DNA of 64,000 nucleotides from Thiotrichales bacterium (GCA_947478525.1 CANJVU010000007.1:33920-97919); one strand, 5' to 3'. Positions 39,605 to 49,779 are shown, counted from the first letter of the stretch. A program made the numbers and translations. Notes: generated from the letters alone by a model not told the origin.

Positions 39605-40542
39605 TGTGCTGGCGAAAAAAGGGGCTTGTTTTTTCTTCTGAAGGAGATCATGAGTGGAATCAAAGCTACGCTTCCGTTCCTACGCCCGATTTGATTGGCG
39701 AGAATCGACTTAGAATTTATTACGCTGCGCGCGATACCAAAAACAGAACCCATATTTCCTTTATTGAAGTAGAGGCTACTGACCCTTCTAATATTCTTTA
39801 CACTCATGATAAGCCAGTGATTTCACCAGGTACGCCGGGCATGTTTGATGACTGTGGCGCGATGCCCTCGATGTTGGTCAATCATGGTAAAGAAAAATGG
39901 CTTTATTATATTGGCTGGAATGTGCGCAATACCATTGCCTATCATAACTCGATTGGATTGGCGATTAGCAAAGATGGTGGTGTGACCTTTGAAAAATTTT
40001 CAGAAGGACCTTTGTTTGATCGCTCTTACTCCGAACCTTATTTTTCAGCAGCGCCTTATATTTTGATTGAAAAAGGCCTCTGGCGTATGTGGTATCTGTC
40101 AAATACCAAATGGGTAGAGTTCAATGGCAAAATGGAGCCGTTTTATCATATCAAATATGCCGAATCTCAGGATGGCATCAATTGGAAGCGCGAAGGGAAG
40201 GTTGCCATTGATTACCGTGACAGTAACGAGTGCGGTATTGTTAGAGCCTGTGTGTTAAAAGATAAAGCGCTCTATAAAATGTGGTACTCGTATCGCAATT
40301 TGCAAAATTATCGAGACAATAAAAATAATAGTTACCGCATTGGCTATGCAGAATCTCGCGATGGTATTGACTGGGTTAGGATGGATGAACAAGCGGGTAT
40401 TGATATCAGCGCTACTGGCTGGGATAGCGAGATGATCGAATATCCTTACGTTTATGACTATGCAGACCGACGTTATATGCTTTACAATGGCAACACATTT
40501 GGCAAAACCGGTTTTGGATATGCGGTGTTACAACAGGAGTAA
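39601..40542 (+). CDS. Beta-propeller glycoside-hydrolase-like protein (GH32/43/130-clan-like fold, predicted)
   Basis: Repeated blade-like units: RIYYAARD, GLAISKDGGVTFEK, WRMWYLS, IKYAESQDGINWKREG, YKMWYSY, IGYAESRDGIDWVR. No precise family assigned. Confidence 0.45.
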   Translation: MMCWRKKGLVFSSEGDHEWNQSYASVPTPDLIGENRLRIYYAARDTKNRTHISFIEVEATDPSNILYTHDKPVISPGTPGMFDDCGAMPSMLVNHGKEKWLYYIGWNVRNTIAYHNSIGLAISKDGGVTFEKFSEGPLFDRSYSEPYFSAAPYILIEKGLWRMWYLSNTKWVEFNGKMEPFYHIKYAESQDGINWKREGKVAIDYRDSNECGIVRACVLKDKALYKMWYSYRNLQNYRDNKNNSYRIGYAESRDGIDWVRMDEQAGIDISATGWDSEMIEYPYVYDYADRRYMLYNGNTFGKTGFGYAVLQQE

Positions 40543-40545
40543 CCG

Positions 40546-41328
40546 ATGACAGTCGCGCAACAGTATGATCAACAGGGCTATTATATTGCCAAAGGATTGT
40601 TGGCAACCAAAAACGTAGAAGCCACACTTGGGGATTTGAAAAAAACCTTTGATGACCAGCTTATTTTTCTTAAGCTTGCTCCACAAAAAACCATTCATGA
40701 ATCCATGCGGCTGTTACATAAGCATGATCTGGAGCGCTATAAAAAAACCGTAGGGGCATTGTGGCGCAAAATGAGCATCTACAATTTGTTGCATGATGTG
40801 AAAATCCAACAGTTTGTTCATGATCATTTTCATTGGAAAGACATTATTATGCCAGGCGGGCAGGTGGTATTGATTATGTCTGACAGTCTTAAAATTCCTA
40901 ATGGATATTTTGGTTTTGCACCGCATCAAGATTATCCTTCGGTGCAGGGTAGTTTAGATGGTATGGTGGTTTGGGTGCCATTGGTGGATGTGGATCGTAA
41001 CCGCTTTCCAATGGAGATTATTCCTGGTAGCCATAAAAAAGGTATTTTACCGTCCATTGAAAGTGATACAGCGGCGTGGGTCATTAAACCGGAAGCTTAT
41101 CGTGAACAAGAGTTTATCCCAGTTGAGTGTGAGGTAGGGGATGTCGTGTTTATGTCGAATTTTTTGGTGCATCGCAGTTCAGTGAAGGGTGATGATCGAT
41201 TAAGAGTAGCACTGAGTACTCGGTATGATAATGCTGATGAACCAATTTTTGTGGAACGTACTTATCCAACTGCGTATTTGCGCAGTGTACATCGAGCGTT
41301 GATGAAAGATGTTAAGCTGCTAACGTAA
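40546..41328 (+). CDS. Phytanoyl-CoA dioxygenase (PhyH)-family Fe(II)/2-oxoglutarate-dependent oxygenase
   Basis: N-terminus YDQQGYYIAKGLL, HxD facial-triad context FAPHQDYP, distal His in FLVHRSS and Arg in RVALSTRY. Confidence 0.7.
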   Translation: MTVAQQYDQQGYYIAKGLLATKNVEATLGDLKKTFDDQLIFLKLAPQKTIHESMRLLHKHDLERYKKTVGALWRKMSIYNLLHDVKIQQFVHDHFHWKDIIMPGGQVVLIMSDSLKIPNGYFGFAPHQDYPSVQGSLDGMVVWVPLVDVDRNRFPMEIIPGSHKKGILPSIESDTAAWVIKPEAYREQEFIPVECEVGDVVFMSNFLVHRSSVKGDDRLRVALSTRYDNADEPIFVERTYPTAYLRSVHRALMKDVKLLT

Positions 41329-41354
41329 CTGACGAGTGAAACCAAAAGAGTTTT

Positions 41355-42854
41355 ATGAGCCTTAAAAAAAATACCGTTACGAATTATGTTGGTCAGTTTT
41401 ATCTGATTGGTATCGGTATTGTCGTTCTGCCGCTTTATTTGCATTACTTGGGTGCGGCTGCATTTGGGTTAATTGGATTGTTTGCCATGCTGCAAGCTTG
41501 GCTTAAAATATTGGATATGGGCTTAACGCCAACGCTGTCGCGTCAAGTCGCGTATGCCAGAGGTAAAAATACTGATTTTCTAGAATTGTTGAAATTACTT
41601 CGGAGCTTGGAGTTGATTTTCTTATCCACGGGTGTGTTGGTTGCGCTTATCATTGTCTTTGCTTCCAGTTGGATTGCACATTCTTGGTTAAAAGTTGATG
41701 GGTTACCTTATCATACCGTATCCGTTTGTATTGCATTAATGGGGGTAATGTTTGGATTGCGGTGGTTTTCCGATTTGTATAATTCGGGTATTCAAGGGTT
41801 AGAGCAACAAGCTTGGTTGAATATGGTAAATATGGGAATAGCAACGCTTCAATATGGTGGCGGGCTGATTATTTTAAAATGGGTGACGCACAACCCAATA
41901 GTTTTTTTTGAATATCAAGTGGGCATCTCAGCACTTTTTCTATTGATTCTTGGTGCCAAGTTCTATCGCTTTTTCCCGGTGGATTGTAAGGTAGGTCTTG
42001 ATATATCATGGTCGGCAATTAAGAAGGTATTATCTTTTTCTGGGTCACTTTCATATTTGGTGGTGATCTGGATTGTAGTAACGCAATTTGGACAATTATT
42101 ATTATCCCATATTCTACCCCTATCAGAGTATGGTTATTTCTCGTTAATCACCTCATTGGCTGGAGGTGTGATGCAACTGGCTAATCCTTTAGGACAGGCA
42201 ATTTTGCCTAGAATGACGCGGTTGCTTTCGCAGGGAGATGAACAAGGCATGTTAGCGCTGTATCGAGGCGCTACGCAGTTTATGTGTGTCATAATGTTTT
42301 CCACGGTCGGAATTGTGGCGCTTTTTCCTGGACAATTGCTGTTTGCTTGGACAGGTAATTCTATGGTTGCTGAATGGGGTGCGCGAATATTATTTTGGTA
42401 TATTTTAGGAAATGGTATTTTGTCTGTTCTCGCCTTTCAGTATTATTTGCAATTTGCACATGGTAAATTAGGGTTGCATGTTATTCTCAACACGATTGTG
42501 GTTTTGGTTTTTATCCCCACGGTATCTTTTGCTGCTTATCATTTTGGTGCTTATGGTACTGCGTTGACTTGGTTTGGTGTGCAGGCCATAAGTTTCTTGC
42601 TTTGTCCGTTAATCGTACATCGCGTTTTTGCTCCAGGCATACATATTTCTTGGGTTTTTAAAGATATCCTTCCCATCTTTATTACCACTGTGGTGTTATT
42701 TTTCGTGCTAATGCAAATACCTATACCTTTTGATGACTTTAACAGAATGGAAATTTTTATTGCATTAGCTGTTCTGGGGTTATTGGTGTTATTGGTGAAT
42801 GGGTTGGTGTCTAGTCGGTGTCGTCAGGTGTTTCTTAAAATGATTTACTGTTAA
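41355..42854 (+). CDS. wzx: Wzx-type oligosaccharide flippase (MOP/PST family)
   Basis: 499 aa with about 12-14 TM segments. N-terminus KNTVTNYVGQFYLIGIGIVVLPLYLHYLG is typical of polysaccharide biosynthesis (PST) proteins. Confidence 0.75.
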   Translation: MSLKKNTVTNYVGQFYLIGIGIVVLPLYLHYLGAAAFGLIGLFAMLQAWLKILDMGLTPTLSRQVAYARGKNTDFLELLKLLRSLELIFLSTGVLVALIIVFASSWIAHSWLKVDGLPYHTVSVCIALMGVMFGLRWFSDLYNSGIQGLEQQAWLNMVNMGIATLQYGGGLIILKWVTHNPIVFFEYQVGISALFLLILGAKFYRFFPVDCKVGLDISWSAIKKVLSFSGSLSYLVVIWIVVTQFGQLLLSHILPLSEYGYFSLITSLAGGVMQLANPLGQAILPRMTRLLSQGDEQGMLALYRGATQFMCVIMFSTVGIVALFPGQLLFAWTGNSMVAEWGARILFWYILGNGILSVLAFQYYLQFAHGKLGLHVILNTIVVLVFIPTVSFAAYHFGAYGTALTWFGVQAISFLLCPLIVHRVFAPGIHISWVFKDILPIFITTVVLFFVLMQIPIPFDDFNRMEIFIALAVLGLLVLLVNGLVSSRCRQVFLKMIYC

Positions 42855-42912
42855 AAGATGATGTTGTAATGCTATACTTCCCAGTAGTGAGTTAGGTTTT
42901 TAAGGATTTTTT

Positions 42913-43683
42913 ATGCTTTCGTTGGTGAAAAAAGTAATGAAAAGGGTGATTCCCACTTCTCAGCATGCGCGAGTTGCCTTTTTTATGCGCGGAATTGGTT
43001 CGTATTGTTATCACGGAAATCGTTTTGTTTGTCCATGCTGTAAAAGAAGGTTTCGCGAACTTTTACCTTATCGTGATCTTGTTTTGAATGCCGTTTGTCC
43101 TCGCTGTGATTCACATGCGAGACATCGTTTGATGTGGTTATATCTCATCGATAAGAAAAAAATTATGGAGCGGCAAATCAAATTATTGCATTTTGCTCCA
43201 GAACCTATGCTAGGAAAGTTTCTCTGTGCATTGCCTAATATTGAATATCTCAGTGCTGATTTGGATTCGCCTTTAGCTATGATCAAAATGGATATTACCG
43301 ATATTCCTTACCCAGCAGAATCGTTTGATGCAATTCTTTGTTCTCATGTGTTGGAACATGTTCCTGATGATCGTAAGGCAATGTCCGAAATGCTAAGAGT
43401 ATTAAAGCCAGGTGGGTGGGCGATTTTACAGGTACCTATCGCCTACGATCGGAAGCAGACTTTTGAAGATTCCACTATTGTTAGTCCAGAAGATCGTCTT
43501 AAATTTTATGGACAAGAGGATCATGTACGCTTTTATGGACTAGATTACGCAGAGCGTTTAAGAGCAGTAGGGTTTGAGGTCAATGTGGATGGGTATGTGA
43601 GAGAATTAGATTCTATTTTGAGCAAAAAATATGCGTTAAATTTGCAGGAAGATATTTATTTGTGCTCGAAACCGGTTCGTTAA
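42913..43683 (+). CDS. Class I SAM-dependent methyltransferase with N-terminal Cys4 zinc-ribbon
   Basis: CPCC...CPRC pairs, then a methyltransferase type-11-like core (FDAILCSHVLEHVPDD, LKPGGWAIL). Confidence 0.8.
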   Translation: MLSLVKKVMKRVIPTSQHARVAFFMRGIGSYCYHGNRFVCPCCKRRFRELLPYRDLVLNAVCPRCDSHARHRLMWLYLIDKKKIMERQIKLLHFAPEPMLGKFLCALPNIEYLSADLDSPLAMIKMDITDIPYPAESFDAILCSHVLEHVPDDRKAMSEMLRVLKPGGWAILQVPIAYDRKQTFEDSTIVSPEDRLKFYGQEDHVRFYGLDYAERLRAVGFEVNVDGYVRELDSILSKKYALNLQEDIYLCSKPVR

Positions 43684-43698
43684 AGGTTAAATTAAAAA

Positions 43699-44742
43699 AT
43701 GCAAACCCAAACAGAATTAGAAATCCGCAAAAATTGGATTTATTCAGAGCCTCCACTGGTCAGTGTGGTTTGTGTTACTTATAATCAAGAATCTTATATC
43801 GAGGATGCCATAAGAGGGTTTTTAATACAAGAAACCGACTTTCCTTTTGAAATCATTATTCATGATGATGCCTCGACTGATGGCACCACCGCGATCGTAA
43901 AAGAATATGCTGAAAGATATCCCAATCTGATTAGACCTGTTTTGCAACAAGAAAACCAATTTTCACAACCAGGTAAAAATGTTATTCTCATTGCGGTATC
44001 CTATACGAGAGGTCAATATATTGCGCTTTGTGAGGGAGATGATTATTGGATGGACTCTAAAAAACTGCACAAGCAAATGGCAACCATGCAGCAATATCCA
44101 GAGTGTCGATTGAGCTTTCATCCTGCCTTAAAAGTAGATATGCAGAACCATAAAAAAACCATTATGGATCGACATGCGAAACATAATAAAGTATTCAATG
44201 TGGGCGATATTATAAAAAAGAGTGGAGGTTATTGTCCAACGGCTTCATTAATTTTTAAAAAAGAAGTTTTTAATTCAATTCCTAACTGGTTTTATCAAGT
44301 AACCATTGGTGATTATTTTTTACAGATTTTGGGAGCGCTAAAAGGAGGAGCGCTATATATTGATGAAGTGATGTCAGTTTATAGGGTTAATGCTCAAGAA
44401 TCTTGGAGCGTAAGAAAAATAAATCCTATATTTTTAATGAATCAATATATTAGAATTTTAGATTCGCTTGATAGTGCGGATCGTTTTATGAATTATATTT
44501 GTCGCAGACAATTTAATATTGCAAAAAGAATTACATTATGGAGAATGAGTCAAAATACAAATTTTTCGGCGGAAAAAAGAAGGGAAACATTTCGGCTGAT
44601 TAAAAATAAATTGGGTGTAAAAGAGAAAATTTTATGGCTTTTGGTATACCAATATCCATGTTTTTCAAGAATGCTTGGTAGGGTAAGGGGTAAAACAAAG
44701 GTGTTACAGTGTTTTTTATTTAACTACAAGGTTGCCAAGTAG
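43699..44742 (+). CDS. Family 2 glycosyltransferase
   Basis: VSVVCVTYNQESYIEDAIRGFLIQ..FEIIIHDDASTDGT and a DxD-like EGDDYW. Confidence 0.9.
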   Translation: MQTQTELEIRKNWIYSEPPLVSVVCVTYNQESYIEDAIRGFLIQETDFPFEIIIHDDASTDGTTAIVKEYAERYPNLIRPVLQQENQFSQPGKNVILIAVSYTRGQYIALCEGDDYWMDSKKLHKQMATMQQYPECRLSFHPALKVDMQNHKKTIMDRHAKHNKVFNVGDIIKKSGGYCPTASLIFKKEVFNSIPNWFYQVTIGDYFLQILGALKGGALYIDEVMSVYRVNAQESWSVRKINPIFLMNQYIRILDSLDSADRFMNYICRRQFNIAKRITLWRMSQNTNFSAEKRRETFRLIKNKLGVKEKILWLLVYQYPCFSRMLGRVRGKTKVLQCFLFNYKVAK

Positions 44743-46014
44743 ATGCAGAAAATAAGTTTTAAAATGAGCGCGATGGGTGTGTTGGCATCAATTTTTATTT
44801 TCTTAATGTTGTTTGCGCCCTATCAATTACAGCCTGTTAAAGCAGTTTTTTTGATTTTTATTTTTATCCTAGTTTGTTCAAAAATAGCTTCTGAAAGGTC
44901 TGTTTTTCTCTGTCCTCAAATTGGCTTTTTGCTTCTTATGTGCATGGCGGTTGGATTTTTTTCTTTTGCAAGGGGATTATATTTTGGTGCGCCAGGCGCG
45001 ATGCGTTCAGAAACAGTCATGCTGCTTTGGCCTTTTGTTTTTACGATATTAATTTCTGCTATTAGAACGGTAGATCATCTTGTTTTGATATCAAAAATTA
45101 TTGTTATATCGACATTGCTTACTTGTTTTTTTATTGGGGTTTTTTTGCTGCAGAGCATGGCGTTTGTACCGCATGTAATACCTGACTTTATGGGGAAATT
45201 AAATTTTGCTAACTATAATGGCTATGTTCAAGTAGTTATTCCACAGGTTTTTACTCTTGTTTGCGTAACACCTTTTATAATCAGCTTGTTGATGTGCAAG
45301 CGTGAGGGAAGTTTTTTGAGTAAAAAAAATATTGGTTTTGTTTTGTTTTTTTGTATTTTGTGCGCACTACTTTCAGGTCGAAGAGCATTGTTAGTAATTT
45401 TACCCGCAGCTTATATTTGGATTGTTTTTGTAGGCGCGTTATTTGAAAAAGAAAGAGCTTACCTTTTGAAGCGAGCACTTTTTTTGATTATTATCTTGCT
45501 ATGTGTTACGCTAATTGCCCCTAAGCTTTTTTCCATTTTCAATGTAACGGGAGCTAACACTTTTAATTATGCTTTGACGAGCTTTAATTTTACTGACAAT
45601 GCTTCTAATCAGATACGTGTGACTGAGTTTTATCCGCTTTTGGAAGGTTGGCTACAACACCCATTTTTAGGGAGTGGTCAGGGGGCGGCTTTGACGACGA
45701 TAACCAGAAGTGCTACGCAACCATGGGACTATGAGCTTTTTTATATGCAATTATTGTTTCAAATGGGATTGTTAGGGTTTCTAACCTATGCCATTGCTAT
45801 TTTATGGTTATTTAAAAAATCATTTGAGATTCTTAAAAAAACCAATAATGCCATTTTTAAAAATATCACATTAGCAGGCATGACGAGTCTTTTTTTCTTT
45901 TTGATTGCTAATTTGGGAGACCCTTATTTTGGGATATTTGATGCAAATTGGGTATTGTTTTTTCAAGTTGCTGTTGTCAATCTTTGGGTCATAAAGGAAA
46001 AGGAACTTTCATAA
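44743..46014 (+). CDS. wzy: O-antigen polymerase/ligase-family membrane protein (Wzy-like)
   Basis: 423 aa with more than 10 TM segments. A large late loop is followed by YELFYMQLLFQMGLLGF, resembling the Wzy_C/O-antigen ligase region. Sits in a wzx-containing cluster. Confidence 0.6.
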   Translation: MQKISFKMSAMGVLASIFIFLMLFAPYQLQPVKAVFLIFIFILVCSKIASERSVFLCPQIGFLLLMCMAVGFFSFARGLYFGAPGAMRSETVMLLWPFVFTILISAIRTVDHLVLISKIIVISTLLTCFFIGVFLLQSMAFVPHVIPDFMGKLNFANYNGYVQVVIPQVFTLVCVTPFIISLLMCKREGSFLSKKNIGFVLFFCILCALLSGRRALLVILPAAYIWIVFVGALFEKERAYLLKRALFLIIILLCVTLIAPKLFSIFNVTGANTFNYALTSFNFTDNASNQIRVTEFYPLLEGWLQHPFLGSGQGAALTTITRSATQPWDYELFYMQLLFQMGLLGFLTYAIAILWLFKKSFEILKKTNNAIFKNITLAGMTSLFFFLIANLGDPYFGIFDANWVLFFQVAVVNLWVIKEKELS

Positions 46015-46026
46015 ATGACGGTAAGG

Positions 46027-46902
46027 TCATTTTGCTAGAAATCCACGAATCAGATTTTTATAATACATCCCGGTATTAGGTAAAAATAAAGCTTTTATGA
46101 GCACTCGAGGAATATAGATGCACAACGCATAACACCCAACTAAAAATGAGATGCGTCTTTGTAGCATTAACCGTTTTACATTTCGCGCATAATAATAGCA
46201 TCGGAAGGGGTTCATGCAGGTTATCTGATAGCGCCCTCCTAAAATTGGCTGCACCTCTCCTACCCGATGCGCCATGGTCGCAAGCGCAGACTTATACACC
46301 GAGTACCCTTTTTTATATGCGCGATGACACCATTCTGTATCTATGAGATCAATAAAGAGATCTTCGTCCATCAGGCCAATGTTTTTTAATGTGGCAATTG
46401 AAAGTAAAGATCCCGATGAAATCAGCATTTTCTTTTTGGTGTGTCGAAATACAAAATTGCTTTTATTTTTCTTATTGGTGCGATCATCGATATAGGATGG
46501 ACCCACCGCAGCAATGGTCGGGTCTATTTGAGAAATTTCATCAAACGTTCGAATGAGTTTTTCAATAAGTTCACTAGGGATCGTACTGTCTTGATCAAAG
46601 ATGGCGACAAAATTGCAGTTTAATTCCATTGCTCTTTTGATTCCAACATTGTGAGCAGCACCTAGTCCAATGTTTTGCGGGAAGTGATAATACGCATCTT
46701 CTGGTGAAAACAGTTCTGCCAATTCAGTTTGGTGTGAATTCGGGCTATTATCAACCACTACCAAAGCAGAATATTGTTTTTTTAATTGCTGTATTAAGTT
46801 ACGCGTGGCATCAATATGGGGGTGATGCAAAACAATAACGCTAAGCACTGTTGTGATCATAACGTTGCTAGCACTCGTATAAAAAAGATAATGTGCTATC
46901 AT
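46027..46902 (-). CDS. Family 2 glycosyltransferase (WbbL/rhamnosyltransferase-like); only minus-strand gene of the cluster
   Basis: LSVIVLHHP...LVVVDNSPNS...NIGLGAAHNVGIKRA...FDQDS. Start ambiguous (46902 or ATG 46860). Confidence 0.8.
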   Translation of the reverse strand: MIAHYLFYTSASNVMITTVLSVIVLHHPHIDATRNLIQQLKKQYSALVVVDNSPNSHQTELAELFSPEDAYYHFPQNIGLGAAHNVGIKRAMELNCNFVAIFDQDSTIPSELIEKLIRTFDEISQIDPTIAAVGPSYIDDRTNKKNKSNFVFRHTKKKMLISSGSLLSIATLKNIGLMDEDLFIDLIDTEWCHRAYKKGYSVYKSALATMAHRVGEVQPILGGRYQITCMNPFRCYYYARNVKRLMLQRRISFLVGCYALCIYIPRVLIKALFLPNTGMYYKNLIRGFLAK

Positions 46903-46936
46903 AACGGAGGACGATCAATAATCCAAGGGGTTTTCA

Positions 46937-47785
46937 GTGGGCAGTAATAGCGCAAAGTTAATGCTGATTTGTATGATTTATAACAACCATCGAGAAGTTG
47001 CAGATTTTGTGCAAATGCTCTCAAAGCTGTCGAAATTTGAAGACACAGTGATTACGCTTGTTGAAAATAGTGCACAGGCTGATCCTACTTTTGAGGAAAG
47101 TATAAGAGCATATGCAAATGTTGTTGTATATTACCCTGGAAAAAATTTAGGCTATTTTGGCGGTGCTCAGTTTGCTCTTGAGTCGTACAAAAAAAATCAG
47201 CCACTGTCTGAATATGTGATTATTTCGAATTCGGATATTAACATCGAAGATCAATTTTTCTTTGAAAAAATATTGTCGTTAAAGCTTTCGAATGACGTTG
47301 CTGTTATTGCTCCCTCTATTATATCTATGCTAACCAATGAAGATCAAAATCCAGGCCTTGAAAAACGACCAGCTTCCCTAAAAATACACTTCTTAGCATG
47401 GGTCTCTGCTTGCCCACGGCTTTTTTTCTTATATGGCCTATTAAATTCCTGGAAATGCCAATTAAAAGGCTATGTTCAAAATTCAAAGAAATTTTTTAAA
47501 TCTTCGGCACGACCTATATATTTGCCTTTTGGTGCGTTTATTATTTTTAGAAAGCGGTATTTTGATAGGGGGCTAAACTATAAAACCGGTTTTTTCTTAT
47601 ACCAGGAAGAACTTTTTGTTGCTGAAGAGAGTAGGTTGGCAGGCTTGATAATACAGTACGAGCCAAGTTTAAGAGTGTTTCACGCTGAACATTCCGTGAC
47701 AGGTATTCTTCCTACGAAAAAGAAAGCGAATTTATTTCATGAATCGATGAAATTCTGTTACTTAAAGTATTTCAAGGGAAAATAG
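46937..47785 (+). CDS. Glycosyltransferase-like protein (GT2-like fold, weak call)
   Basis: LICMIYNNHREV, PGKNLGYFGGAQ, SNSDI and FGAFIIFRKRYF...FFLYQEELFVAEE resemble the WbbL-type GT2 layout. GTG 46937 follows AAGGGG. Confidence 0.5.
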   Translation: MGSNSAKLMLICMIYNNHREVADFVQMLSKLSKFEDTVITLVENSAQADPTFEESIRAYANVVVYYPGKNLGYFGGAQFALESYKKNQPLSEYVIISNSDINIEDQFFFEKILSLKLSNDVAVIAPSIISMLTNEDQNPGLEKRPASLKIHFLAWVSACPRLFFLYGLLNSWKCQLKGYVQNSKKFFKSSARPIYLPFGAFIIFRKRYFDRGLNYKTGFFLYQEELFVAEESRLAGLIIQYEPSLRVFHAEHSVTGILPTKKKANLFHESMKFCYLKYFKGK

Positions 47786-47787
47786 CA

Positions 47788-49779
47788 ATGTGTGGTATTG
47801 TTGGTCTTAGCGGTCAATTTTCTCGAGAGCTGTTGCCGCAAATGTTGCAATTAATCCGTCATCGTGGTCCCGATGATCATGGTTCAATAGCGCTTCAGCA
47901 TCAAAATATCAATACTCAACTGGGTCAGCAACGGTTGTCGATTATTGACTTGTCTGCCAATGGCCATCAACCCATGAGCGTGAGGTGTGCCTGTTGCCAG
48001 CCAACAGCAGATGAACATCAAAAAATCTGGTTAGTATTCAATGGCGAAATTTATAACCATTTAACCTTGCGTGAAAACCTATTAGCGAAAGGACATACTT
48101 TTTTTTCGCATACCGATTCAGAGGTGTTGATTCATCTTTACGCAGAATATGGCGTAGAGATGCTCAGTCAACTGCGCGGTATTTATAGTTTTGCGATCTA
48201 TGATGGCCGTGCCAGTGGTCAAAAATCAGGAGTGTGTCCAGGCGATTTATGGGTGGTGCGAGACGAGTTGGGGGTGAAGCCACTTTATTATACTCAAACT
48301 ACTGAAGGATTTTTATTTGCTTCCGAATTGAAAGCGCTATTAGCGTGTCCTTCCGTTTCTCGTGAATTAGATATTGGTGCATTGGATTATTATCTTACTT
48401 ACTTATGGTGCCCCTCACCGCAGACAGCTTTAAAACAGGTCAAAAAATTGGAAGCTGGTTACGCCTTATTGGTCAGAGATGGTAAGATTACCAAACACTG
48501 GCAGTATTATGATATTCCTTATGGCAAAAAACCCTTATTAACCGGTAGCTTTGCAGAGATTGCCGAAGAGGTTGCCAGTCGAGTCAAAGCATCGGTAGAG
48601 CGGCAATTGATTGCAGATGTGCCCATTGGCGCTTTCCTATCAGGTGGTCTTGATTCCAGTTCTATTGTGGCATTTATGCGACAACTACAACCAGAACGTC
48701 CAGTTGAATGCTATACGATTGAAACCATCGGTCATCAAGAAGGGTTTGCGGATGACTTACCTTACGCTCAGCGGGTCGTAAAACATCTAGGCGTTCCTTT
48801 GCATGTGGTGCAGGCTGAACCGCAGATGATTAACCAGTTGAGCCGCATGTTGTATCACATGGACGAACCACAGGCCGACCCAGCACCGATTAATGCGTTA
48901 TTGATTTCTGAGTTAGCGCAGCAACAAGGGTTAAAAGTGTTGATGTCAGGTGCAGGAGGTGATGATATTTTCAGTGGGTATCGACGTCATCAAGCATTGC
49001 ATTTGCAACGTTATTGGCAATGGTTGCCGCAAGTGGCGAAGAAACAATTGGCTGGTGTGGCAAGAGCGGCAATGTCAGGTCGTGGTTTTGGTGCTGGCCA
49101 TCCGATATTACGTCGAGCAGCAAAATTATTGGCTTACTGTGATAAGGGTGGCAATGAGTCCATTGCTCATTTTTTTGAATGGAATACTTCTACGATTAGG
49201 CATTCGTTGTATCGCCCTGGCATCCGCGCTCAGTTGAGTGAGGGAAATCCTTTATTGGCGGCGTTACAGAATATTCCCGATAACGTAGATGATCTCAACA
49301 AGATGCTTTATTTGGACAGTAAATTTTTCTTAACTGATCATAACTTGAATTATACCGATAAAATGTCGATGGCCGTGGGTATCGAAGTGCGGGTTCCATT
49401 GCTGGATCTCGATTTAGTCAATTTTGCCACGCGTATTCCCCCTGCTATGAAACAAAAAGGAAATATAGGAAAAGCAATTTTTAAAAAAGCGATGGAACCT
49501 TACTTGCCTCACAATATTATTTATCGGCCTAAAACTGGATTTGGTGCACCGTTGCGGCAATGGTTGAAAGGACCGCTCAAGCCAATACTTGCTGAGCTGC
49601 TGTCGGAGACATCTTTACAGCGTCGTGGCTTGTATGAACCTGCAGCGGTAAAACGTTTAATTAACTTGGATCAACAGGGTAGAGCTGATGGGTCGTACAC
49701 CATTTTTTCGCTGCTGTGTATAGAGCTATGGTGTCGTCAGTTTGTCGATGTTACAATACCCACCATTATTGATTTGTGA
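47788..49779 (+). CDS. Asparagine synthase (glutamine-hydrolysing)-family amidotransferase
   Basis: N-terminal nucleophile MCGIVGL, GATase II domain (FNGEIYNH, SDSEV) and synthetase PP-loop FLSGGLDSS. 663 aa. Confidence 0.9.
   Translation: MCGIVGLSGQFSRELLPQMLQLIRHRGPDDHGSIALQHQNINTQLGQQRLSIIDLSANGHQPMSVRCACCQPTADEHQKIWLVFNGEIYNHLTLRENLLAKGHTFFSHTDSEVLIHLYAEYGVEMLSQLRGIYSFAIYDGRASGQKSGVCPGDLWVVRDELGVKPLYYTQTTEGFLFASELKALLACPSVSRELDIGALDYYLTYLWCPSPQTALKQVKKLEAGYALLVRDGKITKHWQYYDIPYGKKPLLTGSFAEIAEEVASRVKASVERQLIADVPIGAFLSGGLDSSSIVAFMRQLQPERPVECYTIETIGHQEGFADDLPYAQRVVKHLGVPLHVVQAEPQMINQLSRMLYHMDEPQADPAPINALLISELAQQQGLKVLMSGAGGDDIFSGYRRHQALHLQRYWQWLPQVAKKQLAGVARAAMSGRGFGAGHPILRRAAKLLAYCDKGGNESIAHFFEWNTSTIRHSLYRPGIRAQLSEGNPLLAALQNIPDNVDDLNKMLYLDSKFFLTDHNLNYTDKMSMAVGIEVRVPLLDLDLVNFATRIPPAMKQKGNIGKAIFKKAMEPYLPHNIIYRPKTGFGAPLRQWLKGPLKPILAELLSETSLQRRGLYEPAAVKRLINLDQQGRADGSYTIFSLLCIELWCRQFVDVTIPTIIDL

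Noticed and set aside
41355-45400. Homopolymeric A/T tracts (A8 near the wzx start at about 41366; A8 and T7 runs in wzy around 45320-45350) as phase-variation switches
   Set aside because: The tracts are short and the cluster is generally AT-rich, so such runs are expected. There is no evidence of frameshifted reading frames around them.
46855-46910. Motif TATCATAACGG shared between the pyrG leader (21460-21470) and the divergent GT region (46897-46907), with ATCATAAC variants at 21441 and 46856
   Set aside because: Only two exact 11-mers in an AT-rich genome, with no consistent distance to start codons. One copy may lie within coding sequence if the GT starts at 46902. I cannot separate this from chance without a genome-wide motif count.
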